Origin: Octopus sinensis
Taxonomy: Eukaryota
Direction: 5' to 3'
NCBI RefSeq assembly: GCF_006345805.1
Contig: NC_043011.1
Location: 61,330,464-61,394,463 of the forward strand
Length of the DNA: 64,000 nucleotides
This document shows, piece after piece, positions 51,553 to 64,000 of this stretch; the stretch's first letter is position 1, and every line of letters begins with the position of its first letter. The translations under genes were made by a program, and so were the position numbers. A model generated the notes under the pieces. The model worked only from the letters and a program-made list of their open reading frames with translations, did not search any database and was not told the DNA's origin.

Positions 51553-52830
51553 TATACGGGATTAAGTAAAAAAAAATTATAGGTACACATGTTTCTGTAG
51601 TTTAATAAGACAAAAATAATTACAAGATATTTCGACATAGTCACCTTTCTTTTCGATGGAGTTCTTTTAGCAGTTCATAAGCATGCTTATTCCATCGCAG
51701 AAGATTTTTTGGTTATTCGTGCAGCCATTTATGCTCCTATTCCTGCGTTTTTTGGTCCGTAGTACCAAATTTTACATCGGATCTCTCTTACTCTAGTAGT
51801 GGTAGTCGAATATGTCAAGGGCTGGTCTGTATGCACTGTATTGCAGCCTCTCGAAATCCAAATTTCAGTGGTTCAAATTTGTGTGTGCGGCCGTATGTGG
51901 GCGGGCATTCTTGTGCACCATTAACAAATGCCTTCACAGTAGACCCCCAGCGTTTGACGGAAATTGCTAGCTTCAGTTTGTTGGTAAATAGTTCCCTGTA
52001 ACCTAAACCTACGTCTGTAGAACCTTTTTGCAAATAATGTTTCCGTATATATTTTTTTCCTTTCCCCAAAACAGTTAGCATAGTTTCTGCGGGGAATTGG
52101 GTCCTAACTTTCTTTTTCCCTGGCGAGGGAGGGTGTTTTCACTCCATTCTCTGCCTTTTGAATTCCGGCTCAAATTGATGGACCCAGATCTCACCAATTA
52201 TGAATATTTTCTCTAAAACAGCAGCATCTTCATCGTTGCTGCAGCCGAATAAGCGTGGTCAGATCTCAATACGAATGCGCTTATAAGCTTCGGCAAATTC
52301 TCTTGGCACCAATCTCGCACAGACTTTACAGATGCAAACATCTTCATGGATGATTTCATGGAGGATTTCCATGAATATGCCACCTAACGGATTGTTAGTC
52401 GCCAGTTCGCCAGAAAACCATGTCACGAACTAGCTGGATCTTCACATTAGAGGTGGAGGTTGATCGAAGTCCTGGTCCCCTGTCACGCTTCCCTCTTATC
52501 CGGCCAATTTTAAACAACTCGATCCAGTCAAACACACTTCTAAGCGGTAGATCGCCGTCTCTGATTTGCACCGAAAGCTTCTGATGAAGTTCAGACCCTG
52601 ACGCACTTTCAGACCACAGAAACTGCATCACTGACATTTGTTTTTTCTTGGTGTAGATTGCCATCAGACATAAAAGGAAAAACGAATTAACCACAATTAT
52701 ACCATCATAAATACGAGAGTACCCCTGTAATCACAACAGTACCATCGTTTAGCAAGCGAGAGTTGAAAGTAAGGCGGCCGGCATAAAGAAGGTGTACGCC
52801 AAAAGTATGGATACTTTTTCACTTCACTTT
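51553..52830 (-). pseudogene. Near full-length decayed mariner element (about 1.28 kb)
   Basis: KQMSVMQFLWSE...VFDWIELFKIG, KVCARLVPRE, GEIWVHQFEPEFKRQRMEWKHP, MLTV...LFTNKLKLAI and KKGDYVE follow mariner transposase order. Termini are only weakly complementary. Confidence 0.85.
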
Positions 52831-52861
52831 GAACATATGGCTACACACACACACACGCACA

Positions 52862-52915
<54 letters not shown>

Positions 52916-53141
52916 ACACACACACACACACACAATTTTTCTCTGTGTAACTGGAAAGTTATCGCTCGGCTCGAGTTTAACTCGACTGCTGTTTTCAGAC
53001 AAAACTGGCCGAACTCGTTATTACTGTAACAAGTTCATTTACGTAAATGCTTTCCAACAAGAACTAGCTGTTACAATGTTATAATATGCGTTCTCGGAAT
53101 CTCTTTTTCTCTCTCCGTCTCTGGCTGTCTATATGTCTATA

Positions 53142-53188
<47 letters not shown>

Positions 53189-54492
53189 GTAACTCGACCA
53201 GATTAGATTTTAAATAATATTCTGTAATATTGTTAACTGCATCATGTTTTAATCGTGAAGAATTATTTTCTATCTTAATATTAAATGTCTTCAAAAACTA
53301 ATATTCCGGAGCTGTTCCAGTGTAAAGTATCAACTCATTCGTAAAATGGTAAAGTGATTCTCACTTCCAATGACCACGCGCCGGTCATAGTTTATTAATC
53401 AGGCTTCAATAAATCAACACCATTCATTAATGTATCCAACACTAAAGTGTGTCTATCTACTCGCATGAGCGGCGCCTATGTATGTATGTGTATCTGTTTG
53501 TTTATTTATATATTAAGAACCAGAACCTTCTTTGTCTAGTAGATTTCGTGCCTCACCTCGAAGTATGTATTCCCAAACCGTGCTCAGATGGGCAAGTGCA
53601 AACTGGCGATCGACAAAAGCACAATTTCCGAACAGTAAACAACATTTACGGACCCCATTCTTGTAGACGGTCTTTTCTTAAACTTCTTTTCTTCATTGAA
53701 CATCTTTCCTCCTTTTCATATTACTTCATCTTCTCCTCCATTTTATACACTTTTCTTCCTCTTCCTCTTGTTGTTTTTATTCATTTTCATCTTTTTCTTT
53801 TGTTTTTCATTTTATTTTTCCCACAGTATTCAGATGTGACTATTTCTTCTTTTTATCCGTTTACTTTCTTTCCGCCTTTGTATTTATCTCCTTGACACCG
53901 GTTACTTTCACACAAACACTATCTCTGCCAACTCTCTGACTATGAGCTTATCTACACTGTGTAAATATCATGGCTAATGCATTTTATGTCCAGTTTTAGA
54001 TGAGTTTTCCAAACTTCCATTTCTGTTTTAAATTGAGTTTTCTTTCATCAGATCCAATACAAGAGAATTAATTACAGCGACGTAATACAGAGTTACATTA
54101 CCTGCACATTGCCTTTCTTCTATAGATTTTCTCAACGTTTTTCTTCCGCCAGATTTCACAGTGCAATAATATTGGATAATTCATTTTTTCTACTAGCACA
54201 AATCTGCTGGCAGCCAGGTCTTTTTTAGACCAACCTGCTCCTGCTTATTATATAAAACCTATGTTTACACACAGAGATACACACAAACACACACACACAC
54301 GCACACATTATATTGTATCATATTATATTATATTATTATATTGCTATATTATTATATATTAAATCTGCGAATGTAATAAAGGGAGGCATCCACTTTAGTG
54401 TTACATTATGACACGAAACCAGTAGTATGTATTCAATAAATGAATACACACGCGCAATAACGCACACACAAACATATACATGTGTATATATA

Positions 54493-54583
54493 CTTTTACT
54501 TGTTTCAGTCTTTAGACTGCGGCCATGCTGGGTCACCGCCTTGAACTTTTAGTCGAATGAATCCACCACAGTACTTATATATA

Positions 54584-54670
<87 letters not shown>

Positions 54671-54950
54671 ATATATATATATATGTATATATATGTATAT
54701 ATATATGTATATATATATAAGCACTAATAAATCTGTGAACGAGGTATAAACAATAACTGCACGATTATGTGAGGTATATATATATATATATACGACGGGT
54801 TTCTTTCAGTTTCCGTCTATCAAATTCACTCACAGGTATTTCGTCAGCTCGAGGTTATAGTAGAAGACACTTGTCCAAGGTGCTATGCACTGGGACTGAA
54901 CCCGGAACCATGTGATTGGGAAGCAAGCTTCTTCACCCCTAAGCCACGTC
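54493..54950 (-). mobile_element. SINE type A interrupted by long (TA)n
   Basis: Tail at 54493-54570 and head/core at about 54790-54950, both reverse complement. Confidence 0.7.
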
Positions 54951-55830
54951 TGCAACCATATGTACATGTGTATGTGTGTCAGTCTGTGTGTATGTATGTA
55001 TGTATGTATGTATGTATGTATGTATGTATGTATGTATGTATGTATGTATATACTATTTAGTATGCATAAGTGTGTGTGTGTGTATTTTTCTTATTAGCTG
55101 TCACTGCAGGCTGCAGACTGTCTCAAAGACCAAGAACTTCTATCATTGGTACTTATCAAAACGGTCTAAAACCAAGCGGATTATACACCGATCATAATGA
55201 CAATTCTCTGAATTATTATGCGTAAGTATAAACACTCACACACAGCTACGCGCATGTGCGCACATATGATGTAGCATGATGTTCTTTACATGAAGTAATT
55301 TATACTCCAGAAATAAGAACTTAAAAAAGTGATTCAGTTCAATTCAAGATTTAAATTTTGTCATTTATTATTAAATAATGGAAATAAATATTTCTTTAAT
55401 ATTTCGCAGAAATCTGCTTTCAAAACAATCGCATTATAAAAAAAGACAAAATCATCTTATACATGAATTATGAATGAGGAATATTTAATAAAATTAGCGA
55501 ATGTCTCTAAATTAAAATGTGTGCTTTTTTTTATATAATAGATATATGGTTACACTCTTGATTTCATAAATTAATAAACACAACTTAAAAAGACTAAAGA
55601 TTTGTACAATATGAAATTTTCCGATATCAACTATAATTATGTGATCATATCATAGGAGCAATTTTGTTTCATACGTAAAATAATTAAGATGTTATTAAAT
55701 TGATACGGGCTAAACAAATTGAATAATTGGCTGATATTTAAATTACATATTTTCAGAAATATAAGAAAAAAATCATGTTATTATACTGACACAAGAATAC
55801 GAACCATTTAAATGATTCATTACAAGAAGT

Positions 55831-55855
<25 letters not shown>

Positions 55856-55864
<9 letters not shown>

Positions 55865-57456
55865 AATTCCATTTTGACTGTGTGTGGGTATTGTAAAAGA
55901 TTATCACGGCCGTATTTTTTAGCTGATTGCGCTGAAATCTTACACATAGTTAAAAGACATCCCAGTGGGAGCAACAGTTAAATTTTATAACATAATACTT
56001 AGTTTGAAAATGGGATTTGCCATTTTTTAATCAAAATCTTGATGGAAAATCCGATTTCAATAGCGCTTATTGGCTATCATTCTTCGAATCACGTACGAAG
56101 AGCCGCTATTTTTATCCAATCAGCATCAGAGCATTAATTGCATTAAGCTTTCTAAGCAATTTCATGAAAGACCATATGTGATTCTAGTAAAAATTGATAT
56201 CATTCAAGAATGAAGTGCACTCGAACACGTGCATCCAGGCATGTCATTTTGTGTTTAATAAATAATCTGACATCAAAGAGTAAGAAGACAAGGCGATCAT
56301 TTTAAATAACTAAAAATGAAATAAGATATTAACTTTAACGAATGAATGGCACAAATTGGCGATGAAACAACTCACAAGAAAATTTGACAAAGGAAAACGA
56401 CAAATTGATTGATCATTGAACGTAGAAATTTGGGTGACAAATACCTAAAACTTTAGCTAAGAGTTTCTTATATAAAACAAAAAATGAACGTGCTTTACTT
56501 GGTTTGACACGTACATGTCCATTGTTTATTCTTTAATTCCATTGCACGAAGAAGGAATATCATTATAAGCATTTCAAATTATGAATTATTTTTATCAGTA
56601 AGCATAACTGAACGATATTTTGGCAAGTTCTTGTGATCATTTTTACAAATATTACAGTTCAAAGTCATCGGTTACATTCTAAATCAAGCTCTATTCGGTC
56701 GGTTCTGTTAGCTTATTCTTTATTTATAAAGGATTTTCATTATTTCCAAATTAATATAAGGTAACTTTAATGCTAAATTCCTTTTCCCTAAAGAAGCCCG
56801 ATTTTGGCTGTCTTTCATTTTCAGAGAAGTCCTTGAAACCGTTTCGATTTGCACATTCTTTTTTAATTAAATCTCGCACTTAAGTGTGATATTTCTTTAA
56901 AATGCCCTTAACCTTCTGCTACCTGTCAGTACACTGGTGTTTGCATCAGTCTTTTACATTTTATGACAATTGCACTTTAGTCGATAGAATATCGATTTTC
57001 TTGAAATACGTTCTGTCCACATGTGCTTAAAGATGTGAATGCTCACTCACAGCAGTTCGCATCCAAGTGCCATTTGGTGCTTACAATACTATTGCGAGTA
57101 ATTGTGCGCTTTAGTGTTGTGGGAATTTTTTGCGTTGAAATACCACTTTTAGTGCTTGCGAAATAGCAACGAGTAAATTTAATTGATTTTTTTTAAAGAT
57201 TCATTTAATTATAGATTTTCGATAGGATGCCTCGAAAAAGCAAGAGTCACATTAGTAGAAGAACAAAAGAATGCTTCCGTTTTGCGACCTTGTTGCTAAG
57301 CGAGGCGGAGGAACAATGTGCGCTTCGGCGTGTTCGCAATGCTCTTTCCACTGCAGTCGTCAGAGCATCAAAGACAGAAGCGAATTTACACTATTTTAGA
57401 TTCCAGTCCTATCACGAACATACACCATCCAATGAACGGGGTGGGGCGTTTGCTAG
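55856..57456 (+). mobile_element. Probable non-autonomous Helitron with RepHel start remnant
   Basis: 5' TTTATATATAAATTCC (TC degenerate). MPRKSKSHISRRTK...SEAEEQCALRR resembles Helitron RepHel N-termini. 3' weak hairpin followed by CTAG|T at 57453-57456. Confidence 0.55.
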
Positions 57457-57927
57457 TATATATATAAGAAACGCAAACATATATATAAGAAACACACACA
57501 TATATACATATATACACACAGATGTGTATATACACATACATACATACATACACACACATAGATACATATATATTTATATATATATATACACATATATACA
57601 CACACACACGCGCGCCCACACACATATATATACACACACGTGTATACATGCATACATAATAAATACATACGTACATATATACATATATATATTATCTTTT
57701 ATCTTTTACCTGTTTCAGTCATTAGACTATGGCCATGCTGGAGCCCTGCCTTGAATCTTAATTGGATGAATGAATCCTTGCACATATTTTTAAGCCTATT
57801 CTATCGATCTCTTTTGATGAACCGCTGATTTACGGTGATGTAAGCTTAACCAGCGGGGTGGCGTCATTTGAAGGCTAAAAGAATGCGAAGCAACATCTAA
57901 TAGCATGATCGGATACGGTGATCACGT

Positions 57928-57972
<45 letters not shown>

Positions 57973-58901
57973 AGCTGAAAGCCTATAGGCATATTTGATA
58001 TCAAATAAAATATGAAATTCTTTTTGAAGTACGCGATATTTTTACGCTCCAGAAAGTTCAAAAAATAATTTCTGACCTCTCAGAATTATTTACATTTAAT
58101 GCAAACCTTAAGAGTTTTTCTGATTTATTTACAGTTGAATATATATCACTTTATATAAATATTTTTCATAATAAATATCGCTATTTATGACAATTCGTTT
58201 CCACATTTTCAAAGAAGCGATCTGCACTGAAGGAAAAAAGAACAAAATCAAAAGCATTACTAATGAATGAATGATGAAGTTTATTGTGAATAGATTCCTC
58301 TTAATACTTCGAAATTTCAAACTCTAAAAACTTCGGTTCATCCTATTCGTTATTAAACCTGTAAAATGCATATTTAATTCGTTTTACAAGTTCCGTTTCG
58401 ACTCTTGCATGGGGCTTACAAGGCGTTTTTTCACCTGATTAACAATTGTAGTTAGACACATTCTCCACACCTCCCCACGTAGCATTATCCTCACTTTTGT
58501 TTTAAAGGCAGTCTGACTGGCAATGAGAGTTCCCTCACACTCATTCGATTTACTCGTTAACTTTTTAGTCTTGCAGAAACGTTTAGCCAGTTCCGATGTT
58601 CCCAACAACCGGTAAAGAACAGGTGTGATTTGTTCTGAACTTTTTTCACCAAAATTCTCACAAACCGTCCAAAGGAGAGACACAGTAAGTTATGATGTAG
58701 TTTCAAATATTTCTGCAAATATATTTGGAAATATTCAACATAATTATATCTTGTATTAGAGTAACTGACGATAGAGGATGAGCATTTTTAAATTCATGCT
58801 TTCTCTGTTAGTTTACGGAGATAATACTTCGCATTTTGGCATAGAACCGACAATATTACGGAAATTGAACTAATCGTTTTCATTCATCAACTATCGTGAC
58901 C

Positions 58902-59252
58902 CAACTTTGCTTCTTGGCCTTTCGGAATTGGTAGAAATAAAGTACCAGTCAAGTAATAGGGTACAATACGTCGCCTAATCCCCTCTCTGCCAAATTGTTG
59001 ACCTTGTGCTTAATTAGAAACTTATTTTTATATATATTATAATATTTCATAAATTAAGTCAGTAATCTGGAAGATTCCTTAGCGCGTCGGCCAAAATGCT
59101 TAGCACCATTTCTTCTGGTTCTATACATGTTGCGGCTCAAATCACACCGAGGACTGTTTTACATTTCCTCATTTTGAGGTCGACGTATTGTACCCTATTA
59201 CTTGACTGGTACTTTATTTCTACCAATTCCGAAAGGCCAAGAAGCAAAGTTG
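58902..59252. repeat. Perfect 72-bp inverted duplication within SINE B remnants
   Basis: 58902-58973 is the reverse complement of 59181-59252. Confidence 0.9.
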
Positions 59253-60092
59253 ATTCCAATAAGGATTGAACTCAGATCGTAAATAGTCGGAAATACAGGG
59301 TAACATTATAAGGAACCACTCCAAAACTCACGGAAAGCCATGAAAGGCAAACCTATTAACGTTGATGTACTTCCCGTAAAGATGATTCAAAAATTGCAAC
59401 GGATAAACAATGACATCATTATACTTCTAATCTTAATGAATGAATCAGAAGTGGATATCCTGGTTTTCAGTATTGGTTTCAAATGGCACGGATGTCGAGG
59501 TGGCCGATACCATTTCAAAACGATAAATAAATTTTGAGGCGGTGGTAGGAGCAAAGTGTAAGAAGGACAACGCAATTTGCTTATAGCGTGGCAACTGGAG
59601 GAGCGGGACAAAGTCGTCGGAATGCGTCATGTAGTAAATGGGCCAACGGACTGGTTGAACCAATCTGCGGATGGTTAGAAAGATCTGCAGGTGAATAGAA
59701 ACCGGAACGTGCTTAAGAGCAGTGTGGCCGGTTTTACCCAGAAATCAACCGAGAGGAAGCTATCATTGAAAGGTCAGAAAAAGTTGAAGAACGCATATAT
59801 ATCATTCATCGATAAATTAAAACGGCATATAAAAATAGGAGCAAATAAATATATTACTATAAATAGATTATAATCTATGAGATGAGAGTGAATCAATTAT
59901 CATTAAATATTATCATTATCAAACATCTAACGAATTTAATGGAAAATAATAAACTCAGAACTTCGTTAATTACGAAAACTTCAAAAACATTCCTCGATGC
60001 AGAACTACATTTATAGTTATATAGCAACTCAGTTTATGTACGCATGTATACATACACAAAAATACATACATACATGCATATGTATATATATA

Positions 60093-60135
<43 letters not shown>

Positions 60136-60250
60136 GTATACATTTTAAAATAAATTCATATATTCATACATATACATATACATATATATGTATATATATG
60201 TATATAGGTATGCATGTATATATATATACATAAACACACACACATATATA

Positions 60251-60298
<48 letters not shown>

Positions 60299-60781
60299 TT
60301 ATACTTATCCATATATAATAGATAAGAACTTAAACTATATATAGAAAATAAGTCAATCAATGGCAGACGAAAAAGAATATCTTAATGATTACTCGATAGA
60401 TTTGCAATAAAAATTAACTCGATGTCTGTTAATGCGTAATTAAACATTACTATAAAGGTAGAATAACTAACTTTCATACTTTGTACATATTTTAGCATTG
60501 AACAACCAAAGGAGTGAGCGAACGGTAATAAATTTTATAAATCTTTTGATAGGAAAACATCAAAATATTCATATCAGCTAAAAAGGTATATATGAAATAT
60601 GTTATGGGTTTAGATTTATGTATGGAAGTGTAGGAGGAGGAAACGAGGTGTGTTTGAAATATAATCCTTTCTGAAAATTATTGCATCAGTGGCGAATGGT
60701 GAATATGTGCTCTTTAACAACTGGCACGATAGATAGACGGATATATAGATAGATAACCAGATAGATATCTAGTCACACAGA

Positions 60782-60813
<32 letters not shown>

Positions 60814-61290
60814 AAAGCCTTGAAACTCTACGCCATCCAGTGCCGCCGCGAGAGGTACATCATTTGTACGATGTGGAGAATATACCGCCAACTTTTCCCA
60901 AACGACCTGAACATTAGCTTCAAGGTTCATCCAAGACTGTGACCACGGGCCATACGTCCCCTGCCCAATTCAAGATCACAGCTTGCATGTACACTGCAAC
61001 ATAATTTATTTTCCTCAACGGGCCCTGCCCTATTTAACATTGTTCCGAAAGAGATCAAAGAGGAAAAGGATCCCATCAACTTTAAACGGAATCTGGATAG
61101 ATTTCTTCAAGGAATACCGGATAAGCCACCCATAATTGGATACAACTCACCCAACAAGAACTCACTACTTGAATGGATCATAAACAAAACTTGACTCAGG
61201 ATTCAGATAATCCTATCAGGTGGTGCTATTAAGTTAGACATGGCCTGGACCAATCGTTGGTCGAAACATAGCTGAGTTTTATCTAAGTTC
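60814..61290 (+). mobile_element. CR1/L2/Jockey-group LINE 3' fragment
   Basis: KALKLYAIQCRRERYIICTMWRI...GPALFNIVPKEIK...FKRNLDRFLQGIPDKP...NSLLEW* in one frame (60814-61194, one internal stop), followed by a 3' UTR with a terminal hairpin. (TA)n on both flanks. Confidence 0.8.
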
Positions 61291-61307
61291 TATATATGCA
61301 TATATAT

Positions 61308-61356
<49 letters not shown>

Positions 61357-61708
61357 ACTTTTGGTATCCAGTGACCCAAAATGTAGATAAGGCGATGTAA
61401 GTGCTACAGAAGGACCGCTGTTAGACTCCTGGTTCAATATATATGAGTGAGGAGTCTAACGCAGGTTGTGACTGTGTATAAGTTAAATAAAGTGAGACAA
61501 GGCCAAGTAGGTGTGAAATTTCTAGGACATGTATAAAGAGAAAGGTAGTTTCATTAATATATATATTAGGGATATTCCTTCATCCGAGACGATGTGAGAT
61601 GGTTAAATAGATGTAAATTGTAGAGATTAATATAAGGAGTTATTTTGGAAAGGCAATGCTCCACAATGGTAGCAGTCAAATGACTGAATATATATATATT
61701 TATATATG

Positions 61709-61789
<81 letters not shown>

Positions 61790-61790
<1 letters not shown>

Positions 61791-62097
61791 GGGTGACAAT
61801 GGGATTACACATGGAAAGTTACCCTCCCAGGCACAAGGTTGTTTATGGAAGGCCAGCAGTACCCCATGCATACCAGCCTCCCCTCTCCAAACCAGTGATG
61901 TTATCCAAGGGAAAGGCAAAGGGGCCGATACACCTTGGCACCAGTGACGTTGCAACTCATTTCTACAGCTGAGTGAACTGGAGCAACGTGAAATAAAGTG
62001 TCTTGCTGAAGACCACAACTCGCAGCCCGGTCCGCGATTCGATCCCACAACCTCGCGATTGTAAGCTCGACGCTCTAAACATAGAGCCATGCGCCTT

Positions 62098-62098
<1 letters not shown>
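61790..62098 (-). mobile_element. SINE type E
   Basis: tRNA-like head AAGGCGCATGGCTCTATG...GGATCGAATC, D-type core TTCACGTTGCTCCAGTTCACTCAGCTGTAGAAATGAGTTG, and a distinct tail. Confidence 0.7.
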
Positions 62099-62179
<81 letters not shown>

Positions 62180-62269
62180 TATATACATATATATATATAG
62201 ACAGTGAGATAGATAAATACATAGAGTGACAACCATACACACGTGCGCACAGGCGTAAAACATATATGT

Positions 62270-62317
<48 letters not shown>

Positions 62318-62679
62318 CAGGTTTGCATTATCTGCAATAATATCCTCGGCACACTGCAATAATTGTCTTGAAACTAGTCCAGTTTTAAGTTAATTATTAT
62401 CAATGCAGTTTAAATTCTAAATATTTGGCAAACATTTGGAATTTTACCAGAAAACCTGATTTCGTAAACTAGACTACTGAAGATTTATTACAGTTCCGAG
62501 ACATATATAGATTCTTTCTTATTTTTATAAATATACTTTTCTTTTTGTTGTGGTAACTAAATTTGTTTCAATTTACTGAGTGAATGTGTTTTCTCCTTCA
62601 ACGACAATAACAACAACAAAACCCGTAACAACATTTGTAATAGTAAAAACAACAACAACAATTGCTTCAAAGTTTGGCC

Positions 62680-63073
62680 CCCGACCAGAACTTTTTAGTG
62701 GTGGGGAACAATGAAATGCATCGGTCTCTATACTTGACTGATATTTTGCTTTAACGATCCCCAAAGGATGGAAGTCAAAGCTGATCACGGTGGGACTTAA
62801 ATTCAGAACGTAAAGAACAGGCCACCGCTAAGCATTTTGTTCGACGCGCTAATGATTCTCTCTGCCTTAATAATGATGGTATCAAATTTTGCCACAAAAC
62901 TAGCCATTTTGGGGGAGGGTATTACATCGTCCCCAGTATTCAGCTGGTACTTAGTTTATCGACCCAAAAAGGATGAAAGGCAAAGTTGATCTCGGCGGAA
63001 TTTGAACTCAGAACGTAGACGGGCGCTAAACATTTTTGCCCGGTGCGCTAACGATTCTGCGAGCGCGTCGCCT
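62680..63073 (-). mobile_element. Two adjacent degenerate SINE type B copies
   Basis: B core and head motifs at about 62680-62870 and 62880-63073. Confidence 0.65.
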
Positions 63074-63741
63074 TATATAAAATCAAAGCGACCAGTTGCG
63101 GGGCACGAAATAAACAAATGGTGTAAAAAGATTGACCTTCCATATAATAACACTGAGGGTGCCAAAGAAACTGAACGATTTGAGTGACACCAGGATCTAG
63201 CCCGGGTGTTGTGGTTATTGGTATACTTGCCGCCAACAGCCAAACTGTTAAAGAAGATGTTGAAGGATATTGGAACTGCGATGCACACTGTCAACGATTG
63301 TGCATTGTGCAAACATTTTAAACATGATTCTTGATATTTGAGGAGACGGCAAAACACTAAGATAAGATTTTTGCAAACTAGAGTCGAATATCAACGGTTT
63401 AATGTTATTTTGTTATATCGCCAGTGACGATAAATTACATGTGTGTGCGAAATAATAATATATCACAATACCAAAATATAACCGTGTAATAATAAACAAC
63501 GTAACGAGTTGGTTACCAGAACCATTCGCACAATATCGATCCAATGTTTTAACGCAAAACCAATCACGACGCTAACGCTCTCAGAATTCGACCTCAACTG
63601 GTACTCGCACATCTGTTTATAAGACTCGTCCATCTACTGACAGTCACATGCACCGGTGTCAGCTCCCGCCACAACCAAAATTGTTACTCGAATACTTGAT
63701 TGTAGGTACCACAATTTTTATAATTGTTTTAGATGATTATG

Positions 63742-64000
63742 TTCCGGGTTCAGTCCCACTGCGTGGCACCTTGGGCAAGTGTCTTCTGCCATAGCCTCGG
63801 GCCGACCAATGCCTTGTGAATGGATTTGGTAGACGGAAACTGAAAGAAGCTTGTCGTATATATGCATATATATATATATGTATGTGTGTGTATATGTGTG
63901 TGTCTGTCTTTGTCCCCCTAGCATTGCTTGACAACCGATGCTGGTGTGTTTACGTCCCCGTCACTTAGCGGTTCGGCAAAAGAGACCGATAGAATAAGTA
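63742..64000 (+). mobile_element. SINE type A, runs off the window end
   Basis: GGGTTCAGTCCCACTGCGTGGCACCTTGGGCAAG...GAGACCGATAGAATAAGTA. Confidence 0.85.

Noticed and set aside
61420-61460. 11-bp inverted repeat GTTAGACTCCT / AGGAGTCTAAC
   Set aside because: Isolated, with no second copy or associated element in the window.
803-62359. Numerous YI/HT/CV/LSIY/ER ORFs in the supplied track
   Set aside because: They are translations of (TA)n, (CA)n, (TACA)n, (TCTA)n and (GA)n microsatellites or of SINE bodies.
63185-63320. NCDAHCQRLCIVQ resembling the hAT transposase CxxH motif
   Set aside because: Short, flanked by stops, and no other hAT motifs or TIRs found.

Overview
This is repeat-saturated eukaryotic DNA, probably intronic or intergenic. 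The tRNA-derived SINE families and the extreme (TA)n/(CA)n/(TACA)n/(TCTA)n/trinucleotide microsatellite load look like a coleoid cephalopod, most likely Octopus; that is an inference from pattern recognition, not a database result. I found no host protein-coding gene, rRNA, true tRNA or CRISPR array that I can support. Almost all ORF-track entries are translated microsatellites or SINE bodies. The recognisable coding remnants are all transposon-derived: a 5'-truncated L1/Tx1-clade LINE (15.8-18.5 kb), two R4/Dong-like fragments (11.0-11.3 and 44.7-45.9 kb), a Penelope-like RT plus GIY-YIG (26.4-27.6 kb), a CR1/L2-type 3' end (60.8-61.3 kb), several mariner remnants and three Helitrons. Five SINE types recur, and I label them A-E for this report only. 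The most interesting signals are: (i) a Tx1-like element whose 3' end sits in (TCTA)n three times; (ii) three minimal type-I hammerhead ribozyme motifs, two with a non-canonical core position 6; (iii) a dimeric SINE with the same junction at three loci; (iv) different retroelement clades each associated with a different microsatellite; and (v) several near-perfect local inverted duplications that may be biology or assembly artefact. Boundaries of degenerate elements are approximate (about +/-20 bp).
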